Made by a program: the position numbers and the translations under genes
Notes under the pieces: generated by a model
What the model was told of the DNA's origin: nothing
Database searches by the model: none
Seen by the model: only the letters and a program-made list of their open reading frames with translations
Assembly: GCF_009914755.1 (NCBI RefSeq)
Contig: NC_060938.1
Length of the DNA: 64,000 nt
From: the human T2T-CHM13v2.0 reference genome, Homo sapiens
Direction: 5' to 3' (one strand)
In this document: piece after piece, positions 1 through 12,700 of the stretch
How positions within the stretch are numbered: position 1 is the first letter of the stretch
Layout: each line of letters opens with the position of its first letter

Positions 1-141
1 CCAAATGTCCACTTGCACATGCTACAAAAAGAGTGCTTCAAAGCTGCTCTCTGAAAGGGAATGTTCAACTCTATGAGTTGAATGCAAACATCACAAAGAC
101 GTTTCTGAGAATGCTTCTGTCTAGATTTGATATGAAGATAT

Positions 142-158
142 TCCCGTTTCCAACGAAA
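142..158 (-). promoter_or_regulatory. CENP-B box 1 of the HOR (repeated in each unit)
   Basis: The + strand tcccgtttccaacgaaa is the reverse complement of TTTCGTTGGAAACGGGA, matching the 17-bp CENP-B box YTTCGTTGGAARCGGGA. Confidence 0.95.
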
Positions 159-312
159 TCTTCAAATCTATCCAAATGTCCACTTGCAGATTCAACAAAA
201 AGTGTTTTTCAGAACTGCTCTATCAAAAGAAAGATCCACCTCTGTTAGCTGAGTTCAGACATCACAAACAAGTTTATGAGAATGCTTCTGTCTAGTTTTT
301 ATTTGAAGATAT

Positions 313-329
313 TTCCTTTCTCACCATAG
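313..329. promoter_or_regulatory. pJalpha-type (A-box) motif in a non-CENP-B monomer
   Basis: ttcctttctcaccatag lies exactly 171 bp from box 1 and resembles the pJalpha motif TTCCTTTTYCACCRTAG. Equivalent motifs are at 651 (ttcccttttcaccgtag), 993 and 1335. Confidence 0.75.
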
Positions 330-479
330 ACCTGAAAGCTGTCCTAATGTTCACTTCCAGTTACTACAGAAAGAGTGTTTCAAAACTGCTGTACGAAAGG
401 GAATGTTCAACTCTGTGACTTGAATGCACACATCACAAAGAAGTTTCTGAGGATGCTGCTGTCTACTTTTTATACTTAA

Positions 480-496
480 TCCCGTTTCCAACGAAA
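480..496 (-). promoter_or_regulatory. CENP-B box 2 of the HOR
   Basis: tcccgtttccaacgaaa, preceded by a shortened flank (tatac[t/g]taa) that makes this dimer 338 bp. Confidence 0.95.
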
Positions 497-650
497 TCCT
501 CCAAGCTATCCAAATATCCACTTGCAGATTCCACAGAAAGACTGTTTCAAAACTGCTCTGTCAATAGAAAGGTTCAACTCTGTTAGCTGCGTGCATATAT
601 CCCAAAGAAGATTCTGAGATTGCTTCTGTCTAGTTTTTATGGGAAGATAT

Positions 651-667
651 TTCCCTTTTCACCGTAG
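651..667. promoter_or_regulatory. pJalpha-type (A-box) motif
   Basis: ttcccttttcaccgtag, 171 bp after CENP-B box 2, consistent with A/B monomer alternation. Confidence 0.75.
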
Positions 668-821
668 GTGTCAAGGCGCTCCAAATGTCCACTTCCAGAT
701 ACTACAAAAAGAGTGTTTCAAACCTACTCTGTGAAAGGGAATATTCAACTCTGTGACTTGAATGCACATATCACAAGGAAGTTTCTGAGAATGCTTCTGT
801 CGAGATTTTATATGAAGATAT

Positions 822-838
822 TCCCGTTTCCAACGAAA
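822..838 (-). promoter_or_regulatory. CENP-B box 3 of the HOR (mutated in U6, U18, U24, U34, U40)
   Basis: tcccgtttccaacgaaa, 342 bp after box 2. Confidence 0.95.
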
Positions 839-1163
839 TCCTGAAATCTATCCAAATATCCCCTCGCAGATTCTACAAAAAGAGTGTTTCAAAACTGCTC
901 TGTGAAAAGAAAGGTTCAACTCTGTTAGTTGAGTACACACATCACAAACAAGTTTCACAGAATGCTTCTTTCTAGCTTGTAGGGAAAGATATTCCCTTTA
1001 TCACCATGGGCCTCCAACCGTCCGAAACATCCACTTCCATATACTACAAAAAGAGCGTTTCAAACCTGCTCTGTGAAAGGCAATGTTCAACTCTGTGACT
1101 TGAATGCAGACATCACAGAGCAGTTTCTGAGAATGCTTCTGTCTAGATTTTATAGGAAGATAT

Positions 1164-1180
1164 TCCCGTTTCCAACGAAA
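1164..1180 (-). promoter_or_regulatory. CENP-B box 4 of the HOR
   Basis: tcccgtttccaacgaaa, 342 bp after box 3 and 342 bp before box 1 of the next unit. Confidence 0.95.
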
Positions 1181-4100
1181 TCTTCACAGCTATCCAAATA
1201 TCCACTTGCAGATTCTACAAAAAGAGTGTATCAAAACTGCTCTGTCAAAAGGAAGGTTCTTCTCTGTTAGGTGAGTGCATACGTCATAAAGGAGTTTCTG
1301 AGAATGTTTCTGTCTAGTGGTTATGGGAAGATATTTGCTTTTTCCCCGTAGGCCTCAGGGCGCTCCAAATGTCCACTTGCACATGCTACAAAAAGAGTGC
1401 TTCAAAGCTGCTCTCTGAAAGGGAATGTTCAACTCTATGAGTTGAATGCAAACATCACAAAGACGTTTCTGAGAATGCTTCTGTCTAGATTTGATATGAA
1501 GATATTCCCGTTTCCAACGAAATCTTCAAATCTATCCAAATGTCCACTTGCAGATTCAACAAAAAGTGTTTTTCAGAACTGCTCTATCAAAAGAAAGATC
1601 CACCTCTGTTAGCTGAGTTCAGACATCACAAACAAGTTTATGAGAATGCTTCTGTCTAGTTTTTATTTGAAGATATTTCCTTTCTCACCATAGACCTGAA
1701 AGCTGTCCTAATGTTCACTTCCAGTTACTACAGAAAGAGTGTTTCAAAACTGCTGTACGAAAGGGAATGTTCAACTCTGTGACTTGAATGCACACATCAC
1801 AAAGAAGTTTCTGAGGATGCTGCTGTCTACTTTTTATACGTAATCCCGTTTCCAACGAAATCCTCCAAGCTATCCAAATATCCACTTGCAGATTCCACAG
1901 AAAGACTGTTTCAAAACTGCTCTGTCAATAGAAAGGTTCAACTCTGTTAGCTGCGTGCATATATCCCAAAGAAGATTCTGAGATTGCTTCTGTCTAGTTT
2001 TTATGGGAAGATATTTCCCTTTTCACCGTAGGTGTCAAGGCGCTCCAAATGTCCACTTCCAGATACTACAAAAAGAGTGTTTCAAACCTACTCTGTGAAA
2101 GGGAATATTCAACTCTGTGACTTGAATGCACATATCACAAAGAAGTTTCTGAGAATGCTTCTGTCGAGATTTTATATGAAGATATTCCCGTTTCCAACGA
2201 AATCCTGAAATCTATCCAAATATCCCCTCGCAGATTCTACAAAAAGAGTGTTTCAAAACTGCTCTTTAAAAAGAAAGGTTCAACTCTGTTAATTGAGTAC
2301 ACACATCACAAACAAGTTTCACAGAATGCTTCTTTCTAGCTTGTAGGGGAAGATATTCCCTTTATCACCATGGGCCTCCAACCGTCCGAAACATCCACTT
2401 CCATATACTACAAAAAGAGCGTTTCAAACCTGCTCTATGAAAGGCAATGTTCAACTCTGTGACTTGAATGCAGACATCACAGAGCAGTTTCTGAGAATGC
2501 TTCTGTCTAGATTTTATAGGAAGATATTCCCGTTTCCAACGAAATCTTCACAGCTATCCAAATATCCACTTGCAGATTCTACAAAAAGAGTGTATCAAAA
2601 CTGCTCTGTCAAAAGGAAGGTTCTTCTCTGTTAGGTGAGTGCATACGTCATAAAGGAGTTTCTGAGAATGTTTCTGTCTAGTGGTTATGGGAAGATATTT
2701 GCTTTTTCCCCGTAGGCCTCAGGGCGCTCCAAATGTCCACTTGCACATGCTACAAAAAGAGTGCTTCAAAGCTGCTCTCTGAAAGGGAATGTTCAACTCT
2801 ATGAGTTGAATGCAAACATCACAAAGACGTTTCTGAGAATGCTTCTGTCTAGATTTGATATGAAGATATTCCCGTTTCCAACGAAATCTTCAAATCTATC
2901 CAAATGTCCACTTGCAGATTCAACAAAAAGTGTTTTTCAGAACTGCTCTATCAAAAGAAAGATCCACCTCTGTTAGCTGAGTTCAGACATCACAAACAAG
3001 TTTATGAGAATGCTTCTGTCTAGTTTTTATTTGAAGATATTTCCTTTCTCACCATAGACCTGAAAGCTGTCCTAATGTTCACTTCCAGTTACTACAGAAA
3101 GAGTGTTTCAAAACTGCTGTACGAAAGGGAATGTTCAACTCTGTGACTTGAATGCACACATCACAAAGAAGTTTCTGAGGATGCTGCTGTCTACTTTTTA
3201 TACTTAATCCCGTTTCCAACGAAATCCTCCAAGCTATCCAAATATCCACTTGCAGATTCCACAGAAAGACTGTTTCAAAACTGCTCTGTCAATAGAAAGG
3301 TTCAACTCTGTTAGCTGCGTGCATATATCCCAAAGAAGATTCTGAGATTGCTTCTGTCTAGTTTTTATGGGAAGATATTTCCCTTTTCACCGTAGGTGTC
3401 AAGGCGCTCCAAATGTCCACTTCCAGATACTACAAAAAGAGTGTTTCAAACCTACTCTGTGAAAGGGAATATTCAACTCTGTGACTTGAATGCACATATC
3501 ACAAGGAAGTTTCTGAGAATGCTTCTGTCGAGATTTTATATGAAGATATTCCCGTTTCCAACGAAATCCTGAAATCTATCCAAATATCCCCTCGCAGATT
3601 CTACAAAAAGAGTGTTTCAAAACTGCTCTGTAAAAAGAAAGGTTCAACTCTGTTAGTTGAGTACACACATCACAAACAAGTTTCACAGAATGCTTCTTTC
3701 TAGCTTGTAGGGGAAGATATTCCCTTTATCACCATGGGCCTCCAACCGTCCGAAACATCCACTTCCATATACTACAAAAAGAGCGTTTCAAACCTGCTCT
3801 ATGAAAGGCAATGTTCAACTCTGTGACTTGAATGCAGACATCACAGAGCAGTTTCTGAGAATGCTTCTGTCTAGATTTTATAGGAAGATATTCCCGTTTC
3901 CAACGAAATCTTCACAGCTATCCAAATATCCACTTGCAGATTCTACAAAAAGAGTGTATCAAAACTGCTCTGTCAAAAGGAAGGTTCTTTTCTGTTAGGT
4001 GAGTGCATACGTCATAAAGGAGTTTCTGAGAATGTTTCTGTCTAGTGGTTATGGGAAGATATTTGCTTTTTCACCGTAGGCCTCAGAGCGCTCCAAATAT

Positions 4101-7100
4101 CCACTTGCACATACTACAAAAAGAGTGCCTCAAAGCTGCTCTCTGAAACGGAATGTGCAACTCTATGAGTTGAATGCAAACATCACAAAGACGTTTCTGA
4201 GAATGCTTCTGTCTAGATTTGATATGAAGATATTCCCGTTTCCAACGAAATCTTCAAATCTATCCAAATGTCCACTTGCAGATTCAACAAAAAGTGTTTT
4301 TCAGAACTGCTCTATCAAAAGAAAGATCCACCTCTGTTAGCTGAGTTCAGACATCACAAACAAGTTTATGAGAATGCTTCTGTCTAGTTTTTATTTGAAG
4401 ATATTTCCTTTCTCACCATAGACCTGAAAGCTGTCCTAATGTTCACTTCCAGTTACTACAGAAAGAGTGTTTCAAAACTGCTGTACGAAAGGGAATGTTC
4501 AACTCTGTGACTTGAATGCACACATCACAAAGAAGTTTCTGAGGATGCTGCTGTCTACTTTTTATACTTAATCCCGTTTCCAACGAAATCCTCCAAGCTA
4601 TCCAAATATCCACTTGCAGATTCCACAGAAAGACTGTTTCAAAACTGCTCTGTCAATAGAAAGGTTCAACTCTGTTAGCTGCGTGCATATATCCCAAAGA
4701 AGATTCTGAGATTGCTTCTGTCTAGTTTTTATGGGAAGATATTTCCCTTTTCACCGTAGGCGTCCAGGCGCTCCAAATGTCCACTTCCAGATACTACAAA
4801 AAGAGTGTTTCAAACCTACTCTGTGAAAGGGAATATTCAACTCTGTGACTTGAATGCACATATCACAAGGAAGTTTCTGAGAATGCTTCTGTCGAGATTT
4901 TATATGAAGATATTCCCGTTTCCAACGAAATCCTGAAATCTATCCAAATATCCCCTCGCAGATTCTACAAAAAGAGTGTTTCAAAACTGCTCTCTAAAAA
5001 GGAAGGTTCAACTCTGTTAGTTGAGTACACACATCACAAACAAGTTTCACAGAATGCTTCTTTCTAGCTTGTAGGGGAAGATATTCCCTTTATCACCATG
5101 GGCCTCCAACCGTCCGATAAGTCCACTTCCATATACTACAAAAAGAGCGTTTCAAACCTGCTCTATGAAAGGCAATGTTCAACTCTGTGACTTGAATGCA
5201 GACATCACAGAGCAGTTTCTGAGAATGCTTCTGTCTAGATTTTATAGGAAGATATTCCCGTTTCCAACGAAATCTTCACAGCTATCCAAATATCCACTTG
5301 CAGATTCTACAAAAAGAGTGTATCAAAACTGCTCTGTCAAAAGGAAGGTTCTTCTCTGTTAGGTGAGTGCATACGTCATAAAGGAGTTTCTGAGAATGTT
5401 TCTGTCTAGTGGTTATGGGAAGATATTTGCTTTTTCACCGTAGGCCTCAGAGCGCTCCAAATATCCACTTGCACATACTACAAAAAGAGTGCTTCAAAGC
5501 TGGTCTCTGAAACGGAATGTTCAACTCTATGAGTTGAATGCAAACATCACAAAGACGTTTCTGAGAATGCTTCTGTCTAGATTTGATATGAAGATATTCC
5601 CGTTTCCAACGAAATCTTCAAATCTATCCAAATGTCCACTTGCAGATTCAACAAAAAGTGTTTTTCAGAACTGCTCTATCAAAAGAAAGATCCACCTCTG
5701 TTAGCTGAGTTCACACATCACAAACAAGTTTATGAGAATGCTTCTGTCTAGTTTTTATTTGAAGATATTTCCTTTCTCACCATAGAGCTGAAAGCTGTCC
5801 TAATGTTCACTTCCAGATACTACAGAAAGAGTGTTTCAAAACTGCTGTACGAAAGGGAATGTTCAACTCTGTGACTTGAATGCACACATCACAAAGAAGT
5901 TTCTGAGGATGCTGCTGTCTACTTTTTATACGTAATCCCGTTTCCAACGAAATCCTCCAAGCTATCCAAATATCCACTTGCAGATTCCACAGAAAGGCTG
6001 TTTCAAAACTGCTCTGTCAGTAGAAAGGTTCAACTCTGTTAGCTGCGTGCATATATCCCAAAGAAGATTCTGAGATTGCTTCTGTCTAGTTTTTATGGGA
6101 AGATATTTCCCTTTTCACCGTAGGTGTCAAGGCGCTCCAAATGTCCACTTCCAGATACTACAAAAAGAGTGTTTCCAACCTACTCTGTGAAAGGGAATAT
6201 TCAACTCTGTGACTTGAATGCACATATCACAAAGAAGTTTCTGAGAATGCTTCTGTCGAGATTTTATATGAAGATATTCCCGTTTCCAACGAAATCCTGA
6301 AATGTATCCAAATATCCCCTCGCAGATTCTACAAAAAGAGTGTTTCAAAACTGCTCTGTAAAAAGAAAGGTTCAACTCTGTTAGTTGAGTACACACATCA
6401 CAAACAAGTTTCACACAATGCTTCTTTCTAGCTTGTAGGGGAAGATATTCCCTTTATCACCATGGGCCTCAAACCGTCTGAAACGTCCACTTCCATATAC
6501 TACAAAAAGAGCATTTCAAACCTGCTCTATGAAAGGCAATGTTCAACTCTGTGACTTGAATGCAGACATCACAGAGCAGTTTCTGAGAATGCTTCTGTCT
6601 AGATTTTATAGGAAGATATTCCCGTTTCCAACGAAATCTTCACAGCTATCCAAATATCCACTTGCAGATTCTACAAAAAGAGTGTATCAAAACTGCTCTG
6701 TCAAAAGGAAGGTTCTTCTCTGTTAGGTGAGTGCATACGTCATAAAGGAGTTTCTGAGAATGTTTCTGTCTAGTGGTTATGGGAAGATATTTCCTTTTTC
6801 CCCGTAGGCCTCAGGGCGCTCCAAATGTCCACTTGCACATGCTACAAAAAGAGTGCTTCAAAGCTGCTCTCTGAAAGGGAATGTTCAACTCTATGAGTTG
6901 AATGCAAACATCACAAAGACGTTTCTGAGAATGCTTCTGTCTAGATTTGATATGAAGATATTCCCGTTTCCAACGAAATCTTCAAATCTATCCAAATGTC
7001 CACTTGCAGATTCAACAAAAAGTGTTTTTCAGAACTGCTCTATCAAAAGAAAGATCCACCTCTGTTAGCTGAGTTCAGACATCACAAACAAGTTTATGAG

Positions 7101-9746
7101 AATGCTTCTGTCTAGTTTTTATTTGAAGATATTTCCTTTCTCACCATAGACCTGAAAGCTGTCCTAATGTTCACTTCCAGTTACTACAGAAAGAGTGTTT
7201 CAAAACTGCTGTACGAAAGGGAATGTTCAACTCTGTGACTTGAATGCACACATCACAAAGAAGTTTCTGAGGATGCTGCTGTCTACTTTTTATACTTAAT
7301 CCCGTTTCCAACGAAATCCTCCAAGCTATCCAAATATCCACTTGCAGATTCCACAGAAAGACTGTTTCAAAACTGCTCTGTCAATAGAAAGGTTCAACTC
7401 TGTTAGCTGCGTGCATATATCCCAAAGAAGATTCTGAGATTGCTTCTGTCTAGTTTTTATGGGAAGATATTTCCCTTTTCACCGTAGGCGTCAAGGCGCT
7501 CCAAATGTCCACTTCCAGATACTACAAAAAGAGTGTTTCAAACCTACTCTGTGAAAGGGAATATTCAACTCTGTGACTTGAATGCACATATCACAAGGAA
7601 GTTTCTGAGAATGCTTCTGTCGAGATTTTATATGAAGATATTCTCGTTTACAACGAAATCCTGAAATCTATCCAAATATCCCCTCGCAGATTCTACAAAA
7701 AGAGTGTTTCAAAACTGCTCTGTAAAAAGAAAGGTTCAACTCTGTTAGTTGAGTACACACATCACAAACAAGTTTCACAGAATGCTTCTTTCTAGCTTGT
7801 AGGGGAAGATATTCCCTTTATCACCATGGGCCTCCAACCGTCCGAAACATCCACTTCCATATACTACAAAAAGAGCGTTTCAAACCTGCTCTATGAAAGG
7901 CAATGTTCAACTCTGTGACTTGAATGCAGACATCACAGAGCAGTTTCTGAGAATGCTTCTGTCTAGATTTTATAGGAAGATATTCCCGTTTCCAACGAAA
8001 TCTTCACAGCTATCCAAATATCCACTTGCAGATTCTACAAAAAGAGTGTATCAAAACTGCTCTGTCAAAAGGAAGGTTCTTCTCTGTTAGGTGAGTGCAT
8101 ACGTCATAAAGGAGTTTCTGAGAATGTTTCTGTCTAGTGGTTATGGGAAGATATTTGCTTTTTCCCCGTAGGCCTCAGGGCGCTCCAAATGTCCACTTGC
8201 ACATGCTACAAAAAGAGTGCTTCAAAGCTGCTCTCTGAAAGGGAATGTTCAACTCTATGAGTTGAATGCAAACATCACAAAGACGTTTCTGAGAATGCTT
8301 CTGTCTAGATTTGATATGAAGATATTCCCGTTTCCAACGAAATCTTCAAATCTATCCAAATGTCCACTTGCAGATTCAACAAAAAGTGTTTTTCAGAACT
8401 GCTCTATCAAAAGAAAGATCCACCTCTGTTAGCTGAGTTCAGACATCACAAACAAGTTTATGAGAATGCTTCTGTCTAGTTTTTATTTGAAGATATTTCC
8501 TTTCTCACCATAGACCTGAAAGCTGTCCTAATGTTCACTTCCAGTTACTACAGAAAGAGTGTTTCAAAACTGCTGTACGAAAGGGAATGTTCAACTCTGT
8601 GACTTGAATGCACACATCACAAAGAAGTTTCTGAGGATGCTGCTGTCTACTTTTTATACGTAATCCCGTTTCCAACGAAATCCTTCAAGCTATCCAAATA
8701 TCCACTTGCAGATTCCACAGAAAGACTGTTTCAAAACTGCTCTGTCAATAGAAAGGTTCAACTCTGTTAGCTGCGTGCATATATCCCAAAGAAGATTCTG
8801 AGATTGCTTCTGTCTAGTTTTTATGGGAAGATATTTCCCTTTTCACCGTAGGCGTCCAGGCGCTCCAAATGTCCACTTCCAGATACTACAAAAAGAGTGT
8901 TTCAAACCTACTCTGTGAAAGGGAATATTCAACTCTGTGACTTGAATGCACATATCACAAGGAAGTTTCTGAGAATGCTTCTGTCGAGATTTTATATGAA
9001 GATATTCCCGTTTCCAACGAAATGCTGAAATGTATCCAAATATCCCCTCGCAGATTCTACAAAAAGAGTGTTTCAAAACTGCTCTGTAAAAAGAAAGGTT
9101 CAACTCTGTTAGTTGAGTACACACATCACAAACTAGTTTCACAGAATGCTTCTTTCTAGCTTGTAGGGGAAGATATTCCCTTTATCACCATGGGCCTCAA
9201 ACCGTCCGAAAAGTCCACTTCCATATACTACAAAAAGAGCGTTTCAAACCTGCTCTATGAAAGGCAATGTTCAACTCTGTGACTTGAATGCAGACATCAC
9301 AGAGCAGTTTCTGAGAATGCTTCTGTCTAGATTTTATAGGAAGATATTCCCGTTTCCAACGAAATCTTCACAGCTATCCAAATATCCACTTGCAGATTCT
9401 ACAAAAAGAGTGTATCAAAACTGCTCTGTCAAAAGGAAGGTTCTTTTCTGTTAGGTGAGTGCATACGTCATAAAGGAGTTTCTGAGAATGTTTCTGTCTA
9501 GTGGTTATGGGAAGATATTTGCTTTTTCACCGTAGGCCTCAGAGCGCTCCAAATATCCACTTGCACATACTACAAAAAGAGTGCCTCAAAGCTGCTCTCT
9601 GTAACGGAATGTTCAACTCTATGAGTTGAATGCAAACATCACAAAGACGTTTCTGAGAATGCTTCTGTCTAGATTTGATATGAAGATCTTCCCGTTTCCA
9701 ACGAAATCTTCAAATCTATCCAAATGTCCACTTGCAGATTCAACAG

Positions 9747-12700
9747 AAAGTGTTTTTCAGAACTGCTCTATCAAAAGAAAGATCCACCTCTGTTAGCTGA
9801 GTTCAGACATCACAAACAAGTTTATGAGAATGCTTCTGTCTAGTTTTTATTTGAAGATATTTCCTTTCTCACCATAGACCTGAAAGCTGTCCTAATGTTC
9901 ACTTCCAGTTACTACAGAAAGAGTGTTTCAAAACTGCTGTACGAAAGGGAATGTTCAACTCTGTGACTTGAATGCACACATCACAAAGAAGTTTCTGAGG
10001 ATGCTGCTGTCTACTTTTTATACTTAATCCCGTTTCCAACGAAATCCTCCAAGCTATCCAAATATCCACTTGCAGATTCCACAGAAAGACTGTTTCAAAA
10101 CTGCTCTGTCAATAGAAAGGTTCAACTCTGTTAGCTGCGTGCATATATCCCAAAGAAGATTCTGAGATTGCTTCTGTCTAGTTTTTATGGGAAGATATTT
10201 CCCTTTTCACCGTAGGCGTCAAGGCGCTCCAAATGTCCACTTCCAGATACTACAAAAAGAGTGTTTCAAACCTACTCTGTGAAAGGGAATATTCAACTCT
10301 GTGACTTGAATGCACATATCACAAGGAAGTTTCTGAGAATGCTTCTGTCGAGATTTTATATGAAGATATTCCCGTTTCCAACGAAATCCTGAAATCTATC
10401 CAAATATCCCCTCGCAGATTCTACAAAAAGAGTGTTTCAAAACTGCTCTGTAAAAAGAAAGGTTCAACTCTGTTAGTTGAGTACACACATCACAAACAAG
10501 TTTCACAGAATGCTTCTTTCTAGCTTGTAGGGGAAGATATTCCCTTTATCACCATGGGCCTCAAACCGTCCGATAAGTCCACTTCCATATACTACAAAAA
10601 GAGCGTTTCAAACCTGCTCTATGAAAGGCAATGTTCAACTCTGTGACTTGAATGCAGACATCACAGAGCAGTTTCTGAGAATGCTTCTGTCTAGATTTTA
10701 TAGGAAGATATTCCCGTTTCCAACGAAATCTTCACAGCTATCCAAATATCCACTTGCAGATTCTACAAAAAGAGTGTATCAAAACTGCTCTGTCAAAAGG
10801 AAGGTTCTTTTCTGTTAGGTGAGTGCATACGTCATAAAGGAGTTTCTGAGAATGTTTCTGTCTAGTGGTTATGGGAAGATATTTGCTTTTTCACCGTAGG
10901 CCTCAGAGCGCTCCAAATATCCACTTGCACATACTACAAAAAGAGTGCCTCAAAGCTGCTCTCTGAAACGGAATGTTCAACTCTATGAGTTGAATGCAAA
11001 CATCGCAAAGACGTTTCTGAGAATGCTTCTGTCTAGATTTGATATGAAGATATTCCCGTTTCCAACGAAATCTTCAAATCTATCCAAATGTCCACTTGCA
11101 GATTCAACAAAAAGTGTTTTTCAGAACTGCTCTATCAAAAGAAAGATCCACCTCTGTTAGCTGAGTTCACACATCACAAACAAGTTTATGAGAATGCTTC
11201 TGTCTAGTTTTTATTTGAAGATATTTCCTTTCTCACCATAGAGCTGAAAGCTGTCCTAATGTTCACTTCCAGATACTACAGAAAGAGTGTTTCAAAACTG
11301 CTGTACGAAAGGGAATGTTCAACTCTGTGACTTGAATGCACACATCACAAAGAAGTTTCTGAGGATGCTGCTGTCTACTTTTTATACGTAATCCCGTTTC
11401 CAACGAAATCCTCCAAGCTATCCAAATATCCACTTGCAGATTCCACAGAAAGACTGTTTCAAAACTGCTCTGTCAATAGAAAGGTTCAACTCTGTTAGCT
11501 GCGTGCATATATCCCAAAGAAGATTCTGAGATTGCTTCTGTCTAGTTTTTATGGGAAGATATTTCCCTTTTCACCGTAGGTGTCAAGGCGCTCCAAATGT
11601 CCACTTCCAGATACTACAAAAAGAGTGTTTCAAACCTACTCTGTGAAAGGGAATATTCAACTCTGTGACTTGAATGCACATATCACAAAGAAGTTTCTGA
11701 GAATGCTTCTGTCGAGATTTTATATGAAGATATTCCCGTTTCCAACGAAATGCTGAAATCTATCCAAATATCCCCTCGCAGATTCTACAAAAAGAGTGTT
11801 TCAAAACTGCTCTGTGAAAAGAAAGGTTCAACTCTGTTAGTTGAGTACACACATCACAAACAAGTTTCACAGAATGCTTCTTTCTAGCTTGTAGGGGAAG
11901 ATATTCCCTTTATCACCATGGGCCTCAAACCGTCCGAAAAGTCCACTTCCATATACTACAAAAAGAGCGTTTCAAACCTGCTCTATGAAAGGCAATGTTC
12001 AACTCTGTGACTTGAATGCAGACATCACAGAGCAGTTTCTGAGAATGCTTCTGTCTAGATTTTATAGGAAGATATTCCCGTTTCCAACGAAATCTTCACA
12101 GCTATCCAAATATCCACTTGCAGATTCTACAAAAAGAGTGTATCAAAACTGCTCTGTCAAAAGGAAGGTTCTTTTCTGTTAGGTGAGTGCATACGTCATA
12201 AAGGAGTTTCTGAGAATGTTTCTGTCTAGTGGTTATGGGAAGATATTTGCTTTTTCACCGTAGGCCTCAGAGCGCTCCAAATATCCACTTGCACATACTA
12301 CAAAAAGAGTGCCTCAAAGCTGCTCTCTGAAACGGAATGTTCAACTCTATGAGTTGAATGCAAACATCGCAAAGACGTTTCTGAGAATGCTTCTGTCTAG
12401 ATTTGATATGAAGATATTCCCGTTTCCAACGAAATCTTCAAATCTATCCAAATGTCCACTTGCAGATTCAACAAAAAGTGTTTTTCAGAACTGCTCTATC
12501 AAAAGAAAGATCCACCTCTGTTAGCTGAGTTCACACATCACAAACAAGTTTATGAGAATGCTTCTGTCTAGTTTTTATTTGAAGATATTTCCTTTCTCAC
12601 CATAGAGCTGAAAGCTGTCCTAATGTTCACTTCCAGATACTACAGAAAGAGTGTTTCAAAACTGCTGTACGAAAGGGAATGTTCAACTCTGTGACTTGAA

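Larger units (their letters stand above)
1..1364 (-). repeat. Representative HOR unit U1 (8 monomers = 4 dimers of 338/342/342/342 bp)
   Basis: The opening sequence ccaaatgtccacttgcacatgctac recurs at 1365. CENP-B boxes start at 142, 480, 822, 1164 and then 1506. XbaI sites lie at 120 and 1142, and a TaqI site at 800. Confidence 0.95.

Noticed and set aside
1255-1280. Splice-like motif ttcttctctgttag|gtgagt
   Set aside because: It is a coincidental monomer-specific variant of caactctgttagttgagt, with no exon context and no transcript evidence available.
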